64,000 nucleotides of DNA from Myxococcales bacterium (GCA_029863605.1 JAOTVB010000001.1:160187-224186); one strand, 5' to 3'; counted from the first letter of the stretch, positions 26,977 through 36,683 are shown. Notes: generated by a model from the sequence alone, not told the origin. A program made the numbers and translations.

Positions 26977-27726
26977 CTACGCGTTTGCGGGCTTGATCAC
27001 GCCGATCATGCCACCGAGTGGGTCACGGAAAATACCAAACCGGCCGACTCCTTGGGCGTCCACGGGCTCTGCGACGACGGTCGCGCCGTTCTTCTTGGCG
27101 CGTGCGAGCGCTGCATCGCAGTCGTCGACCGTGATGTATTGCAACCACATCGTCGGGATGTCCGAGCTCGGTGCCTGCAACATGCCGCCACGAGGGTCGT
27201 CACCGTCTTTGAACATGTAGTACGTGCCGTTCGGCATGGACATCTCTTCGTGGGTGTAGCCGAGCACGCTCTTATAGAAGGCAAGCGATGCTTTCGGGTC
27301 TTGCGTCCAAAGCTCATTCCAGTGGAGCGAGCCGGGGCCGTCTACGCGTGGGGGATCGGCGGTTTCCGCCTTGAACAGACAGAACATGCCGCCCTGTGGG
27401 TCGCTCACCGGCTGCATGCGACCGACGCCCGGCGCATCGAACGCATCCATGTGCGTTGCGCCGCCGGCGGCCTTGACCTTCTTGGCAGTCTCATCGACGT
27501 CGGCCACCGACACGTAGCTCACCCACGTGGCGGGAACGTCGCCCTGGGGCGACATGAGTCCGCCGACCCCAGCGTCGCCGACCTTGATGAGGTTGTAGGT
27601 AGACCCGTTCTGCATCGTCATGGGCTCGATGCGCCAGGGTAGGGCTTCGGGATAGAAGGAGATGGCTTTATCGATGTCTTTGGTCAGCAACTCGAACCAA
27701 ACGAATCTTCCGTGTTCGTAGCTCAT
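26977..27726 (-). CDS. VOC (glyoxalase/bleomycin-resistance/dioxygenase) family protein, two tandem modules
   Basis: Start at ATG 27726 (aaggag SD): MSYEHGRFVWFELLTKDIDKAISFY… A second repeat reads LHWNELWTQDPKASLAFY…. It matches the two-module VOC pattern. Confidence 0.85.
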   Translation of the reverse strand: MSYEHGRFVWFELLTKDIDKAISFYPEALPWRIEPMTMQNGSTYNLIKVGDAGVGGLMSPQGDVPATWVSYVSVADVDETAKKVKAAGGATHMDAFDAPGVGRMQPVSDPQGGMFCLFKAETADPPRVDGPGSLHWNELWTQDPKASLAFYKSVLGYTHEEMSMPNGTYYMFKDGDDPRGGMLQAPSSDIPTMWLQYITVDDCDAALARAKKNGATVVAEPVDAQGVGRFGIFRDPLGGMIGVIKPANA

Positions 27727-27928
27727 TGGGGCTCCTTTTCGTGATGGGGCGCCTGCCCCTTTCTCCTCAGTCGAACTGGGCCCGAAGAATTGGACACCCA
27801 TGAGCGATTTTTTTCCACCTCGATGTCGATCTTCCCGGGTCTTGCTCGACTAGTCGGAAAAAGGCAGGCAATTTCGACTCTGCGTCGTGCCTGCGGTGAC
27901 CCAACCCAACCGCCCTGGAGGAGATCCG

Positions 27929-28279
27929 ATGCAATATCTGTTGTTGATCTACGAAGACGAGAGAAAGATGCAAGGTCGAGACGAGCAGACCCGGAACCAA
28001 ATCTTCGATGAGTATCGGACCTTTTCCGAGTCGGTCCGCGAGGCAGGACAGTTCGTGGCGGCCGATGCGCTTCAACCGACGAGCACGGCCACGTCCGTGC
28101 GGGTGCGGGATGGCAAGGCGATCACCACCGATGGTCCGTTTGCCGAGACCAAAGAACAGCTAGGCGGGTTTTACCTGGTCGAAGCTGACGACTTGGATCA
28201 GGCGATCTCGATCGCGGCGCGCATTCCCTCGGCGCGTTTCGGGACCATCGAAGTCCGGCCGATTTGGGCCTTCGAGTAA
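27929..28279 (+). CDS. YciI family protein
   Basis: ATG 27929 is preceded by ggagga. MQYLLLIYEDE…TDGPFAETKEQLGGFYLVEADDLDQAISIAARIP is the classic YciI/DGPF pattern. Confidence 0.85.
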   Translation: MQYLLLIYEDERKMQGRDEQTRNQIFDEYRTFSESVREAGQFVAADALQPTSTATSVRVRDGKAITTDGPFAETKEQLGGFYLVEADDLDQAISIAARIPSARFGTIEVRPIWAFE

Positions 28280-28302
28280 CGTAGCCTCGGAGATTCGCGC
28301 GC

Positions 28303-29547
28303 GTGCCGGCTTCCGCCCATTCCAGCTTGCAAGCAGTTCTCGAAACGGACCGCGTGCGGATTTTGTCGTCGCTCATTCGGACCTGCGGAGGTGATTTCGA
28401 CCTTGCCGAGGAAGCCCTTCACGATGCGGTCATCGCCGCGACAACCCAATGGCCCCAGCACGGTGTGCCGGATGCCCCCGATGCGTGGCTTCTTCAGACC
28501 GCTCGACACAAAGCGATCGACGCGATCCGGCATGACCAACGCAAGCGACAAAAGCTCGAAGAGCTCGGATACACCACCGAGCTCTTACGGGAGGAAGAGG
28601 AGTTGACCCCGATCCCTTACGACATGCTGCGCTTGATCTTCACGTGCTGTCACCCGGCGCTGAGCGAAGAGTCCCGGCTGGCGTTGACCCTGCGGACGGT
28701 CGTGGGGCTCCCGACGACAGGGATTGCGCGCGCGTTCCTGGTGACCGAACAGACCATGGCCCAGCGTCTCGTGCGCGCGAAGAAGAAGATCCGCGAAGCG
28801 CGCATCCCGTATCGGGTCCCCGAACGCAGTGATATGCCCGAGCGGCTCGAAGCGGTGCTCTTGGTGATCTACCTGGTCTTCAACGAAGGCTACAGCGCCT
28901 CGAGTGGCGAGCACATCGTGCGACGGGAGCTCTGTGCACACGCGATCCACATTGGGAGGATTCTCTCGGAGCTGATGCCAGACGAGAGCGAAGCGATCGG
29001 GCTCTTAGCGCTAATGCTTTTGCAGGACTCGAGACGCGAGGCGCGGGCCAACGCCGAGGGTGACCTCGTGCTGCTACGCGACCAGGACCGCCGCCTCTGG
29101 GACCGTGAGCAGATCGACGAAGGGGTTCGGCTGTGTCGTGCGGCCCACCGTGCGCCGCCGGTTGGAGCCTATGCGATCCAGGCAGCGATCGCGGCGGAGC
29201 ATGCCCGCGCGGTCCACGCCGAAGACACAGACTGGAAAAAGATTGTGCGGCTCTACCGTCAGCTCCTGAGCCTGAGGCCCACTCCGGTCGTCGCGCTCAA
29301 TCATGCCGTGGCGGCAGCGATGGCCTACGGTGCCGAAGAAGGGCTTCGCTTGGTCGATTCGCTTGCGAAAGATCTGGACGGCTACGGACCGTTTCACGCG
29401 GCCCGCGCCGATTTCTGTCGGACCACCGGTCGCTGGCAGGACGCCGAGGATGGGTACCGGCGTGCGATCGCGCTCGCCACCAATGACCCGGAGCGGCGCT
29501 TCCTCGAAGGGCGGCTCCGAGAAACGCAAGAGGCTGTGGACCACTGA
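28303..29547 (+). CDS. ECF-type RNA polymerase sigma factor with long C-terminal extension
   Basis: Sigma-2 (…FDLAEEALHDAVIAATTQW…WLLQTARHKAIDAIR) and sigma-4 (LPTTGIARAFLVTEQTMAQRLVRAKKKIREA), followed by a ~200-aa TPR-like tail. It starts 23 nt after the YciI gene, a commonly seen pairing. Confidence 0.85.
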   Translation: MPASAHSSLQAVLETDRVRILSSLIRTCGGDFDLAEEALHDAVIAATTQWPQHGVPDAPDAWLLQTARHKAIDAIRHDQRKRQKLEELGYTTELLREEEELTPIPYDMLRLIFTCCHPALSEESRLALTLRTVVGLPTTGIARAFLVTEQTMAQRLVRAKKKIREARIPYRVPERSDMPERLEAVLLVIYLVFNEGYSASSGEHIVRRELCAHAIHIGRILSELMPDESEAIGLLALMLLQDSRREARANAEGDLVLLRDQDRRLWDREQIDEGVRLCRAAHRAPPVGAYAIQAAIAAEHARAVHAEDTDWKKIVRLYRQLLSLRPTPVVALNHAVAAAMAYGAEEGLRLVDSLAKDLDGYGPFHAARADFCRTTGRWQDAEDGYRRAIALATNDPERRFLEGRLRETQEAVDH

Positions 29548-29589
29548 TCGGAGCTTGGGAGGGCGCGCGCTTCGGCGTACACTCCGCCC

Positions 29590-32061
29590 GTGAGACGACT
29601 CGCGCTTCTGATGCTTGTGCTCTGTGCGGCCTGTGACAAGGGCCAAACCCCGTTTTCCGTCGGGGCTTGCGAGCAGTTTAGGGTCGAGGAGCCCGCGCCG
29701 ATCCCCTCGACCTGCGGCATCGACATCGCGGGCGAGGGCGAGGCCGTTCGGGTCTTCGCTGTGGGCGCGGTGATTCGGTACGCGGAGATGGAGGACTACG
29801 CGACGTTCTGCAAAGCGTGGGACGACGTCGTGCGGACCGAGGTGTTGCCTTGTCTCGCCAATGACAAGCCGAACCTCTTGGTGTTTCCCGAGAACGCGAC
29901 CTTGGCGGGTGCGTTCATCGGGTCGCGGGGAGTCGAGAGTCGCGCGGAAACCGACACCCTTCCGGCGTTCTTGTCGTTGTTTCGGACGTATGCCGATCCG
30001 TTTTCGTACTACGGCGAACGCTACCCCGATACCTCAGACAACGCGCGACTGGTGATCTCCCTGACGGACACCCTTCATCGTGCATTTCAAACCTTTCCCG
30101 AGATAGCGAGGCGATACGGGGTGTACGTCGCAGTCTCCTCGGACTTTGCCCCAGCCGAGCTCAGCCAAGACCCTGAGGACATCGCGGCCCTTTCCGATCC
30201 GGATCTCGAAGAGGTCGAAAGTGTGTACGTCGCGACCGAGGGTGCAGCGTACAACTGGGGTTTATACTTCGGGCCTGACGGCGAGGAGATCGGCCGCGTA
30301 GCCAAGAGCTATCTCGTCCCCGCTGAAGAAGACTTGTTGGATTTGACCCACGGTTCCCTCGAGCAAGCGAGGCCGGTCGTTCTTCCCTTTGCCCGCACCG
30401 GCATGGTGATCTCGAAAGATGCCTGGATGCCGGGGCTCTTGGAGCGTCTCGATGCCCTCGGTGCCAATGTCATGCTCCAGCCGGAGGCTTTTTCGGGTTG
30501 GGCAGTCGAGGAATTCGAGGGCGATTGGCTCCCTGACATCGTCCGGCAATCCGGATGGGCGCACACGCAACGACACGCGGGCTTTCGCCACAACGTCACG
30601 CCGTGCATCAAAGGTAACCTGCTCGACTTAGTGTTCGACTGCCAGTCGCACGTGACGAACGTGAGCCGGCTCGACGATGTGCCGAGGACGTTCATCGGGC
30701 AAGACCCGTACCTCGGCCTCACCACTGTCGAGCCTTGGGCGATCGAAGACCCAGGGCCGCCCGCATCGCTCGAACAGCGCCGTGCTATCTTGCGCAACCT
30801 CGGAGAGCGCCTGCTTCCCGGGAGCGGTGATCCACTCGAAGACCAGTACCACGCGGAAGTGGTCGCCGCCGATCTCGAGCTCCGAAGCGATGGGCGATTT
30901 CCCGAATCGGGTGATGGCGCGCCGGGTGCGTTTGGCAGGAGCAGCCTGGTTGCTGAGCCGCGCGCCGCCCAGATGCATCAGCGCTTTCCTGCGCTGGCGG
31001 TCGATGACGACGCTGCGATCGTGGCATGGATGGAGGGCACACTTGGCGACGAAAACGTACGGGCATTCGTCGAGTCAGGAGATGCTTTCGCAGAGGTCAC
31101 GCTCCGTACGGATGTGAGTCTCGTGCAGCGACTTCCTCGCGTGGCACTCGGGGCAGGGCGTGCGGCGGTCGTCTGGGAAGAGGAATTGGATGAGGGCACG
31201 CGCGTCGTTGCGGGCATTCGCATGGACGAAACTTGGACCGTCTTGAACATCACTGACCCGGAGGTTGCGCCCGCCTGGGCGCCAGACGTCGCCATCGATC
31301 CGGTGACGGGTCGGTTTTTGGTGACTTGGCTCGATCTGCGAGCTGGCGGGCGCGCCAAGCCTTGGATAGCGCAAAGCGACGATGCGATGTTCTGGCAGCT
31401 CAACCCGGTCGATCCCGACAACACCATCGACGACAACCCGCGCGGGGATGCGGCCTTCGTGCGCGTGAAAGCCCGCGATGGGGCTGTGTTCGTCGCGTTT
31501 TCGGATTTTCGAGAGTTCAGTTGGGACGTGTACCTGAGTGTGAGCGAAGATGGCGGCGTGAGGTTTGCCCCCGCAACTCGAATCAACCCCAGCGCGGAGA
31601 TGGTGATGCCGGTGGGCACGAATGACTTCGTCGAATCCGAGCGCATCCATGGCGACGTGGCGCTCGCGATCGACCTCACTGGAAACCCGACCGTCGCCTG
31701 GACCGAACGACAAGACCGTCGCTACGAAAGCCACGTGCGATTGTGGCGTGCCAACGTCACCGAACGTGCCGACGACGCACCTGTGGGCGTCGATGCGTGG
31801 CGCCCCGCGCTTGCCGTGACTCCCTCCGCCGAGATCCTGACCGTGTGGCAAGACCTCCGCGATGGCACCAACCACTTGCGCCTTGCCGGCGCGCTGGGCC
31901 CCGACCTCGACGTCGAGCAGAGCATCGTGTTGGACGATGCGGCCGAGGGCGCCCACGTCTACGCCCCGCAGATAGGGATTCGGCGGAGTGAAGCATGGGT
32001 TGTTTGGGAGGACCCGCGTTCGGGTTACGCGCGCGTCCGTCTCGTCCGAGGTGCTTACTAG
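29590..32061 (+). CDS. lipoprotein: nitrilase-superfamily-like N-domain + BNR/sialidase-like beta-propeller region
   Basis: MRRLALLMLVLCAAC is a lipobox. LLVFPENATL (Glu), GRVAKSYLVP (Lys) and TGMVISKDAWMPG (Ser where Cys is expected). The C-half has BNR-like LSVSEDGGVRF and repeated W-rich strands. Confidence 0.7.
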   Translation: MRRLALLMLVLCAACDKGQTPFSVGACEQFRVEEPAPIPSTCGIDIAGEGEAVRVFAVGAVIRYAEMEDYATFCKAWDDVVRTEVLPCLANDKPNLLVFPENATLAGAFIGSRGVESRAETDTLPAFLSLFRTYADPFSYYGERYPDTSDNARLVISLTDTLHRAFQTFPEIARRYGVYVAVSSDFAPAELSQDPEDIAALSDPDLEEVESVYVATEGAAYNWGLYFGPDGEEIGRVAKSYLVPAEEDLLDLTHGSLEQARPVVLPFARTGMVISKDAWMPGLLERLDALGANVMLQPEAFSGWAVEEFEGDWLPDIVRQSGWAHTQRHAGFRHNVTPCIKGNLLDLVFDCQSHVTNVSRLDDVPRTFIGQDPYLGLTTVEPWAIEDPGPPASLEQRRAILRNLGERLLPGSGDPLEDQYHAEVVAADLELRSDGRFPESGDGAPGAFGRSSLVAEPRAAQMHQRFPALAVDDDAAIVAWMEGTLGDENVRAFVESGDAFAEVTLRTDVSLVQRLPRVALGAGRAAVVWEEELDEGTRVVAGIRMDETWTVLNITDPEVAPAWAPDVAIDPVTGRFLVTWLDLRAGGRAKPWIAQSDDAMFWQLNPVDPDNTIDDNPRGDAAFVRVKARDGAVFVAFSDFREFSWDVYLSVSEDGGVRFAPATRINPSAEMVMPVGTNDFVESERIHGDVALAIDLTGNPTVAWTERQDRRYESHVRLWRANVTERADDAPVGVDAWRPALAVTPSAEILTVWQDLRDGTNHLRLAGALGPDLDVEQSIVLDDAAEGAHVYAPQIGIRRSEAWVVWEDPRSGYARVRLVRGAY

Positions 32062-32690
32062 TCGTCGACGGGCCCGGTCACTTCGTCGCCGGTCCACCCA
32101 TCTGCGCCGCGTATGGTGTGGCTCGCCCGAAACTCTTTGTCTGCGGCTTTCCACGCCTCCTTGGCCCGGGCCGCTTTGGTCGCCAACTTCGATTGCCGCT
32201 TGGCGACCCACGCCGTGCACTCCTCGAGGTTTGGTTTAAAGGGCCCGGTTTCGCGGAGCGACGCTGGAAACATCTCGAGCGGTTCGGTGCTTCGACGCAA
32301 GATGGTGAGCTCGACCGGGTTCTTGGCGTTGACCCGCGGCCGCATCTTCACGACGTAGGTCTTGCCTGCCTCGGCTTTCACCTTCAGGAGCTGCACCTGG
32401 GGTTGCGCCACACCGGTGACCACCATCAGCATCTGGGTTCCGGGCTCGACGCGCGCCACGACCTTCCAATCGTTTGCCACCGAGGCAATGCACCGCCCCC
32501 GCTCGTTGACGATCGAATAGATCACCTCACTCGCCAACCGCTTTCGTTTCCGCACGAACACCACGAGCGCCTTGCCTTCAGGTGCAATGTAGGGAGATTC
32601 GCCCGGGGTCGTCGCCAGGTCGGCCTCTACGGAGGTTGTTTCGGCAGCCAAGATGGCAAGTAACACAAAGACGATGCGCGCGCTCCGCAT
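32058..32690 (-). CDS. secreted protein, unknown function
   Basis: Trimmed to ATG 32690: MRSARIVFVLLAILAAETTSVEA is a signal peptide. High GC3. Its stop overlaps the convergent gene in CTAG. Confidence 0.6.
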   Translation of the reverse strand: MRSARIVFVLLAILAAETTSVEADLATTPGESPYIAPEGKALVVFVRKRKRLASEVIYSIVNERGRCIASVANDWKVVARVEPGTQMLMVVTGVAQPQVQLLKVKAEAGKTYVVKMRPRVNAKNPVELTILRRSTEPLEMFPASLRETGPFKPNLEECTAWVAKRQSKLATKAARAKEAWKAADKEFRASHTIRGADGWTGDEVTGPVDD

Positions 32691-32835
32691 GACCGGGCGA
32701 TATAGCCTGAAGGCGCGTTTCGCGTAACCCATGCTGAACCGCGCCTCGATTCCGACTGTGGTCGAATCGATCACACTGTAGCGAAACGACGACGCACAGC
32801 AGCGAATGCTTCGCCGAATTTGCGATCAATACCGC

Positions 32836-32850
32836 TGGCACGCCCCTTGC
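32836..32850 (+). promoter_or_regulatory. candidate sigma-54 promoter (consensus TGGCAC-N5-TTGC)
   Basis: TGGCAC gcccc TTGC lies 25 nt upstream of ATG 32875, with SD gaggagg in between. It is intergenic and correctly oriented. Confidence 0.65.
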
Positions 32851-32874
32851 TCAATCACGTGTGAGGAGGCTGCC

Positions 32875-33975
32875 ATGTCCTTACGCTTTATCTTTGTAGT
32901 GACGCTTGTCCTAAGCTCAATCGGTTGCTTTAGCGACTGGAACCACAACCCCAACAATACCGGCTTTTCCCCTTCTGTAGGTGGGGGGTCTGCGCTGTGG
33001 ACGCCGCCAGATCCGCCACCGAGCCTCGACGAATGTTCGCCGAGTGACGACGCCTGGAATGACATCACCCGTTTGTACGTCGACACCGAATGGTCGATCC
33101 ACGAGTTGATCACGTGCGGGCAGGTGCAGGTGCGCCTCGCGCAAAGCATGCTCGCCATTGTGCTTGCCTCGAACGAAGATCTCTTTCGCGGGGATACTTT
33201 CGAGCGGGTTGCACAGTACGCGGCGAGCTTCGGCCTGGATCTCGAATCGCCCTTCGAACAGGCGGAAAACGGGCGCTGGTCGATGCCGATCGACGGGGCA
33301 GATCCAACCTCGCGATTCTGGGTGCAGTTCTTTCGACCAGGGAGCGAGGAGCCGATCCTCGACGACCCCTTCCGTCTCGATAGCTACCTCCAGGGCGTGC
33401 ACGTCGAGACCGAGCTCACACTCGACGAAATGCTCGACGACATCGAGCGTCGAAACACCTTTTGGTTCTTCTGGCAAGAGGAAGGTCCGCTTATCGACCT
33501 GCTCAATGATGGCGAGCCCCTCGCCCGGATCTTCAAGGTCGAGGTGTCGATCGCCGACATCGCCGCGCTGGTCTATCCCTTTTTCGATAACTCGGGTGCC
33601 GAGTATGGCCCTCTGGTCTCTCTCGTCGACGCAGAAATGATCTCGTGCGTCGAGCTGCGCGACACGCGCGACCGCACCGTCGTCGAATACCGCGCCGACG
33701 GGCGGCGAGACACGATTGCCGCAATAGCGGGTGACGGCAAGGTCGCGTTCGACGTCGACGCCATCGATGCGACCGACGGCACCTACACGATGCACGGGGA
33801 CGCCACGGACTTGCGCTTCCTCGACGTGAAGAGCCTCGCTGGTGAAATCTTCTACGAAATCACGGGACCCGATCTCTCAATCGAGGTCGTCAGCGACTTC
33901 GGCTCGGGTAATCCCTGGCCGGTCACCCGCTGGGCTTGCGGCGACTGCGAAGGGCCACACGAGGCGCCTGAGTGA
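32875..33975 (+). CDS. lipoprotein, unknown function
   Basis: MSLRFIFVVTLVLSSIGC is a signal peptide plus Cys. 366 aa, acidic, with no domain recognised. The start is trimmed from ORF-track 32806. Confidence 0.7.
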   Translation: MSLRFIFVVTLVLSSIGCFSDWNHNPNNTGFSPSVGGGSALWTPPDPPPSLDECSPSDDAWNDITRLYVDTEWSIHELITCGQVQVRLAQSMLAIVLASNEDLFRGDTFERVAQYAASFGLDLESPFEQAENGRWSMPIDGADPTSRFWVQFFRPGSEEPILDDPFRLDSYLQGVHVETELTLDEMLDDIERRNTFWFFWQEEGPLIDLLNDGEPLARIFKVEVSIADIAALVYPFFDNSGAEYGPLVSLVDAEMISCVELRDTRDRTVVEYRADGRRDTIAAIAGDGKVAFDVDAIDATDGTYTMHGDATDLRFLDVKSLAGEIFYEITGPDLSIEVVSDFGSGNPWPVTRWACGDCEGPHEAPE

Positions 33976-34029
33976 CGGCGCCGTTCGCGGCAGTCCTGTT
34001 TTCGTTGCGAAAAACGTGCTAGAAGAGCT

Positions 34030-34848
34030 GTGGTCCAACAGACCACATCCCACGGGCGTCCCCTCGGTTTGTTCGCCATACTGATGGTCTGGTCAGTGTC
34101 TGACCGCCATGCTTATCATGAGATCATCGCGGCCGAACAACCAGCTCCATCTGCTCTTCTTGCGCCGGAGATCCCGCGGCTCGTGACCTCCGTGGCACGC
34201 CGCTATCTGCAAGAGTTGCTCGCCCACCCCGGCGTCGAAGAGGAGCTGACTCTGCGCTCGGAGTTCGGGATCATGGCGTTTCACGGCGGTAATCTCGAGG
34301 CGTACACCGATCACATCGCGGTGGAAACCGCCGCGCGTTGTGACGCGTCGCTCTACGTCGTGCGTCAGCCGCGCGACTTTCGGTGGCACGTTCCGTCGAC
34401 TCGTTTTCGCCCGGAAGAATCCAGCAGGCTTCGCGCATTCTGCAACCACGTGCGCACCGTCATCACGTTGCACGGGTTTCGTCGTCGTCACATGCCCCAC
34501 AGCATTCTATTGGGCGGGCACAATCGGACCTTGGCGAGCGTGGTATCGCGACACCTGCGGCGTACGCTTCCAGAGTACGTCGTCGAAGACTCGCTCGAGG
34601 CGATTCCGATCGCGCTCCGCGGCCTCAAAGCAGACAATCCCGTCAACATTCCAGCCGACCGAGGCGTGCAAATCGAGCTCCCACCGACAATCCGCCATCA
34701 GCACGAGTTCTGGTCACGTCCCACCTTCGACCCTTCGCGATCCGACCACGAAGCGAAACGCCCCGCACCAGTTCGTCTCGTCGACGGCTTAGCCGAGGCA
34801 GTTCGTTCTTACCGGGCTGTCCCTGACATTTTGGGCTCATCAGGATAG
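34030..34848 (+). CDS. poly-gamma-glutamate hydrolase family (PghP-like, DUF867) protein
   Basis: The motifs MAFHGGNLEAYTD…, HVPSTRF…, VITLHGF, LLGGHN and NPVNIPADRGVQIELP occur in the same order as in the phage/Bacillus PghP/YjqB family (HGG.E, H..S..F, HG, GG, N..N..G.Q.E). The start is uncertain. Confidence 0.7.
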   Translation: MVQQTTSHGRPLGLFAILMVWSVSDRHAYHEIIAAEQPAPSALLAPEIPRLVTSVARRYLQELLAHPGVEEELTLRSEFGIMAFHGGNLEAYTDHIAVETAARCDASLYVVRQPRDFRWHVPSTRFRPEESSRLRAFCNHVRTVITLHGFRRRHMPHSILLGGHNRTLASVVSRHLRRTLPEYVVEDSLEAIPIALRGLKADNPVNIPADRGVQIELPPTIRHQHEFWSRPTFDPSRSDHEAKRPAPVRLVDGLAEAVRSYRAVPDILGSSG

Positions 34849-34856
34849 GTTGCGCC

Positions 34857-35621
34857 GTGCTCGAGCTCCAACGCCCCTCGGACATCCGGGTCATCGGCGT
34901 CGACTGCGCCACGCAGCCGCGCAATGTGGGCCTTGCGCTTTGCACGTTCGCGCGCGGCGGTCCGCGAGTCGACGAGGTGGCGATCGGCAAAAGCTGGGCG
35001 TCGATCGACGAGCAGGTCGGGCAGTGGTTGAGCGCGACGACACTCATCGCCGTGGATGCCCCGCTCGGGTGGCCCCTGCCGCTGTCGCAAGCCCTGGTCG
35101 ATCATGCGGCTGGGGAGGAGCTCTGGGGCAACGCGAACCGATTGTTCCGACGCCGGACCGATGACGTCGTCGCCGAGGCTCTCGGCAAGCGCCCCCTCGA
35201 TGTCGGCGCAGACCGAATCGCGCGCACCGCCTACACCGCATTGAGCTTCATCGGACGCTTGCGTGACGCCCGCCATCTCCCGATTCCGCTCGCGTGGGAG
35301 CCAGGCTGGGTGCGCGGCGTGGAAGCGATCGAAGTCTACCCCGCGGGCACCCTGGCGAGCCGCGAGCTCCCGTACTCGGGCTACAAAGGCGCAGGCTCCA
35401 AGGTCACTGCTCTTCGCGAACGTATCGTCAGGGCGGTGGCCGAAGAAATCACGGTCGACGCCGCGGTGACCGAAGCGATGATCCACAGCGACCACGTGCT
35501 CGACGCCGTCCTCTGCGCACTGGCCGGCTGCGATTTCCTTCAAGGAAGCGTGATGGCTCCCGAAGACCTCGAGCTCGCCCAGCGCGAGGGATGGATTTGG
35601 GTGCAGGGGGTAGGGCGGTAG
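34857..35621 (+). CDS. DUF429 domain-containing protein (RNase-H-like fold, predicted)
   Basis: 254 aa. IRVIGVDCATQPRNVGLAL… TLIAVDAPLGWP… DHVLDAVLCALAG follows the DUF429 pattern (from memory). Confidence 0.7.
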   Translation: MLELQRPSDIRVIGVDCATQPRNVGLALCTFARGGPRVDEVAIGKSWASIDEQVGQWLSATTLIAVDAPLGWPLPLSQALVDHAAGEELWGNANRLFRRRTDDVVAEALGKRPLDVGADRIARTAYTALSFIGRLRDARHLPIPLAWEPGWVRGVEAIEVYPAGTLASRELPYSGYKGAGSKVTALRERIVRAVAEEITVDAAVTEAMIHSDHVLDAVLCALAGCDFLQGSVMAPEDLELAQREGWIWVQGVGR

Positions 35622-35759
35622 CGCAACGGCCCAACGATAGGGCCGCGAGTCCCCTGCTTGCCCGAGGCCCCGTCGATGATACGGTCGAGCTTCCACACGG
35701 ATGGAGGCTTGGCCGCGCGGATAACCCGGACTTGGCGTGCCCCTGTCGAGAGGCGCTGA

Positions 35760-36668
35760 GTGTCCCCGGCTGGACGAGAACGAAGAGGGCGATGGATTGC
35801 GGTCCTGGTCGCTTCGCTTGCGGCGCACCTGGTCGCGCTTTCGGCCCTGAGCGTCGTCCCGCGCACCGCGGCCCCTTGGGAGTTGAATGCGATCGACGTC
35901 ACCTTCAGCGTCGCGGCCCCACCGCCACGCGCGGAGCTAGCCGTAGAGCCTCCGGAACCGAAGAAGACACCACCGCCCGATCGACGTCTCTCACCGAAGC
36001 CCCCCGCGACCTCGCCAACGCTCTCGAAAGCCGAGCCGACACGCGCGCTCGACCCGACAAGCGTCGCACGCGCGTTCATCGTCTTCGAAGAATCCGCGCC
36101 GAGCGACGGTTCAGGAGCCGACCCGGCAGGGCTGCACGCCGCCGCCGAGGCCGAGCCGCGCAACTATTTCGAAGGCGTCAGCGCCAAGCGTTATCTTTCC
36201 GTTCGCGAACCCCCGCGTCTGCAGCGCCACCAAGATGGGACGCATCGCTACCGGGGCCACGCATTCAAGGCGATCGTGGAGAGAGATGGCTCGGTCACGT
36301 TCGATGATGGATACCGTCAGGGCACCGCCGTCGTCTTCGACATCACCGACGCCATCATGCGGCGGCGCGGAGAAGACCCCTATCGAGTAGAAAAGCGCTG
36401 GTTCCTCGAAGGCACTGTCGAGTTTCGTCAGGAGCTATTCGAACGCTGGAGAGCCAAGCAAGCCCTGGTCGCCCTCCGCAAGCTCCGCGGCCGCCTCCTC
36501 CGCATCATCGAAGACGGAATACTGACCGCTCCACAAAAGGCCACGCGGGTGATCGCGATGTTCCTAGACACGGCAGACGACGAAGCAGGCGCCGCTGCGC
36601 GCAACACGATCGCAGAGCTCGTGGCAGAGAGGATGCCAGAGATCGACTTGCCGAACCATGTTCGGTGA
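35760..36668 (+). CDS. membrane-anchored protein, unknown function
   Basis: GTG start. N-terminal anchor RWIAVLVASLAAHLVALSAL, then a Pro-rich linker (PPEPKKTPPPDRRLSPKPP) and a conserved-looking C-domain. High GC3. It is flanked by duplicated DUF429 3' ends. Confidence 0.65.
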   Translation: MSPAGRERRGRWIAVLVASLAAHLVALSALSVVPRTAAPWELNAIDVTFSVAAPPPRAELAVEPPEPKKTPPPDRRLSPKPPATSPTLSKAEPTRALDPTSVARAFIVFEESAPSDGSGADPAGLHAAAEAEPRNYFEGVSAKRYLSVREPPRLQRHQDGTHRYRGHAFKAIVERDGSVTFDDGYRQGTAVVFDITDAIMRRRGEDPYRVEKRWFLEGTVEFRQELFERWRAKQALVALRKLRGRLLRIIEDGILTAPQKATRVIAMFLDTADDEAGAAARNTIAELVAERMPEIDLPNHVR

Positions 36669-36683
36669 GTTTCTTGGCGCGCC

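Noticed and set aside
33998-34014. Hairpin GTTTTCG-ttg-CGAAAAC after the lipoprotein gene at 32875
   Set aside because: It is a perfect 7-bp stem, but it is AT-rich, has a 3-nt loop and has no following T-tract. It is not convincing as an intrinsic terminator.
36625-36641. Palindromic TGGCAG-agagg-ATGCCA giving sigma-54-like spacing on both strands
   Set aside because: It lies inside the coding 3' end of gene 35760..36668, has poor -12 boxes (ATGC/CTGC), and has no downstream gene start at a suitable distance. Similar in-gene partial matches (e.g. ~46955 TGGCAG-catcg-GTGC, ~16563 minus) were also treated as chance.
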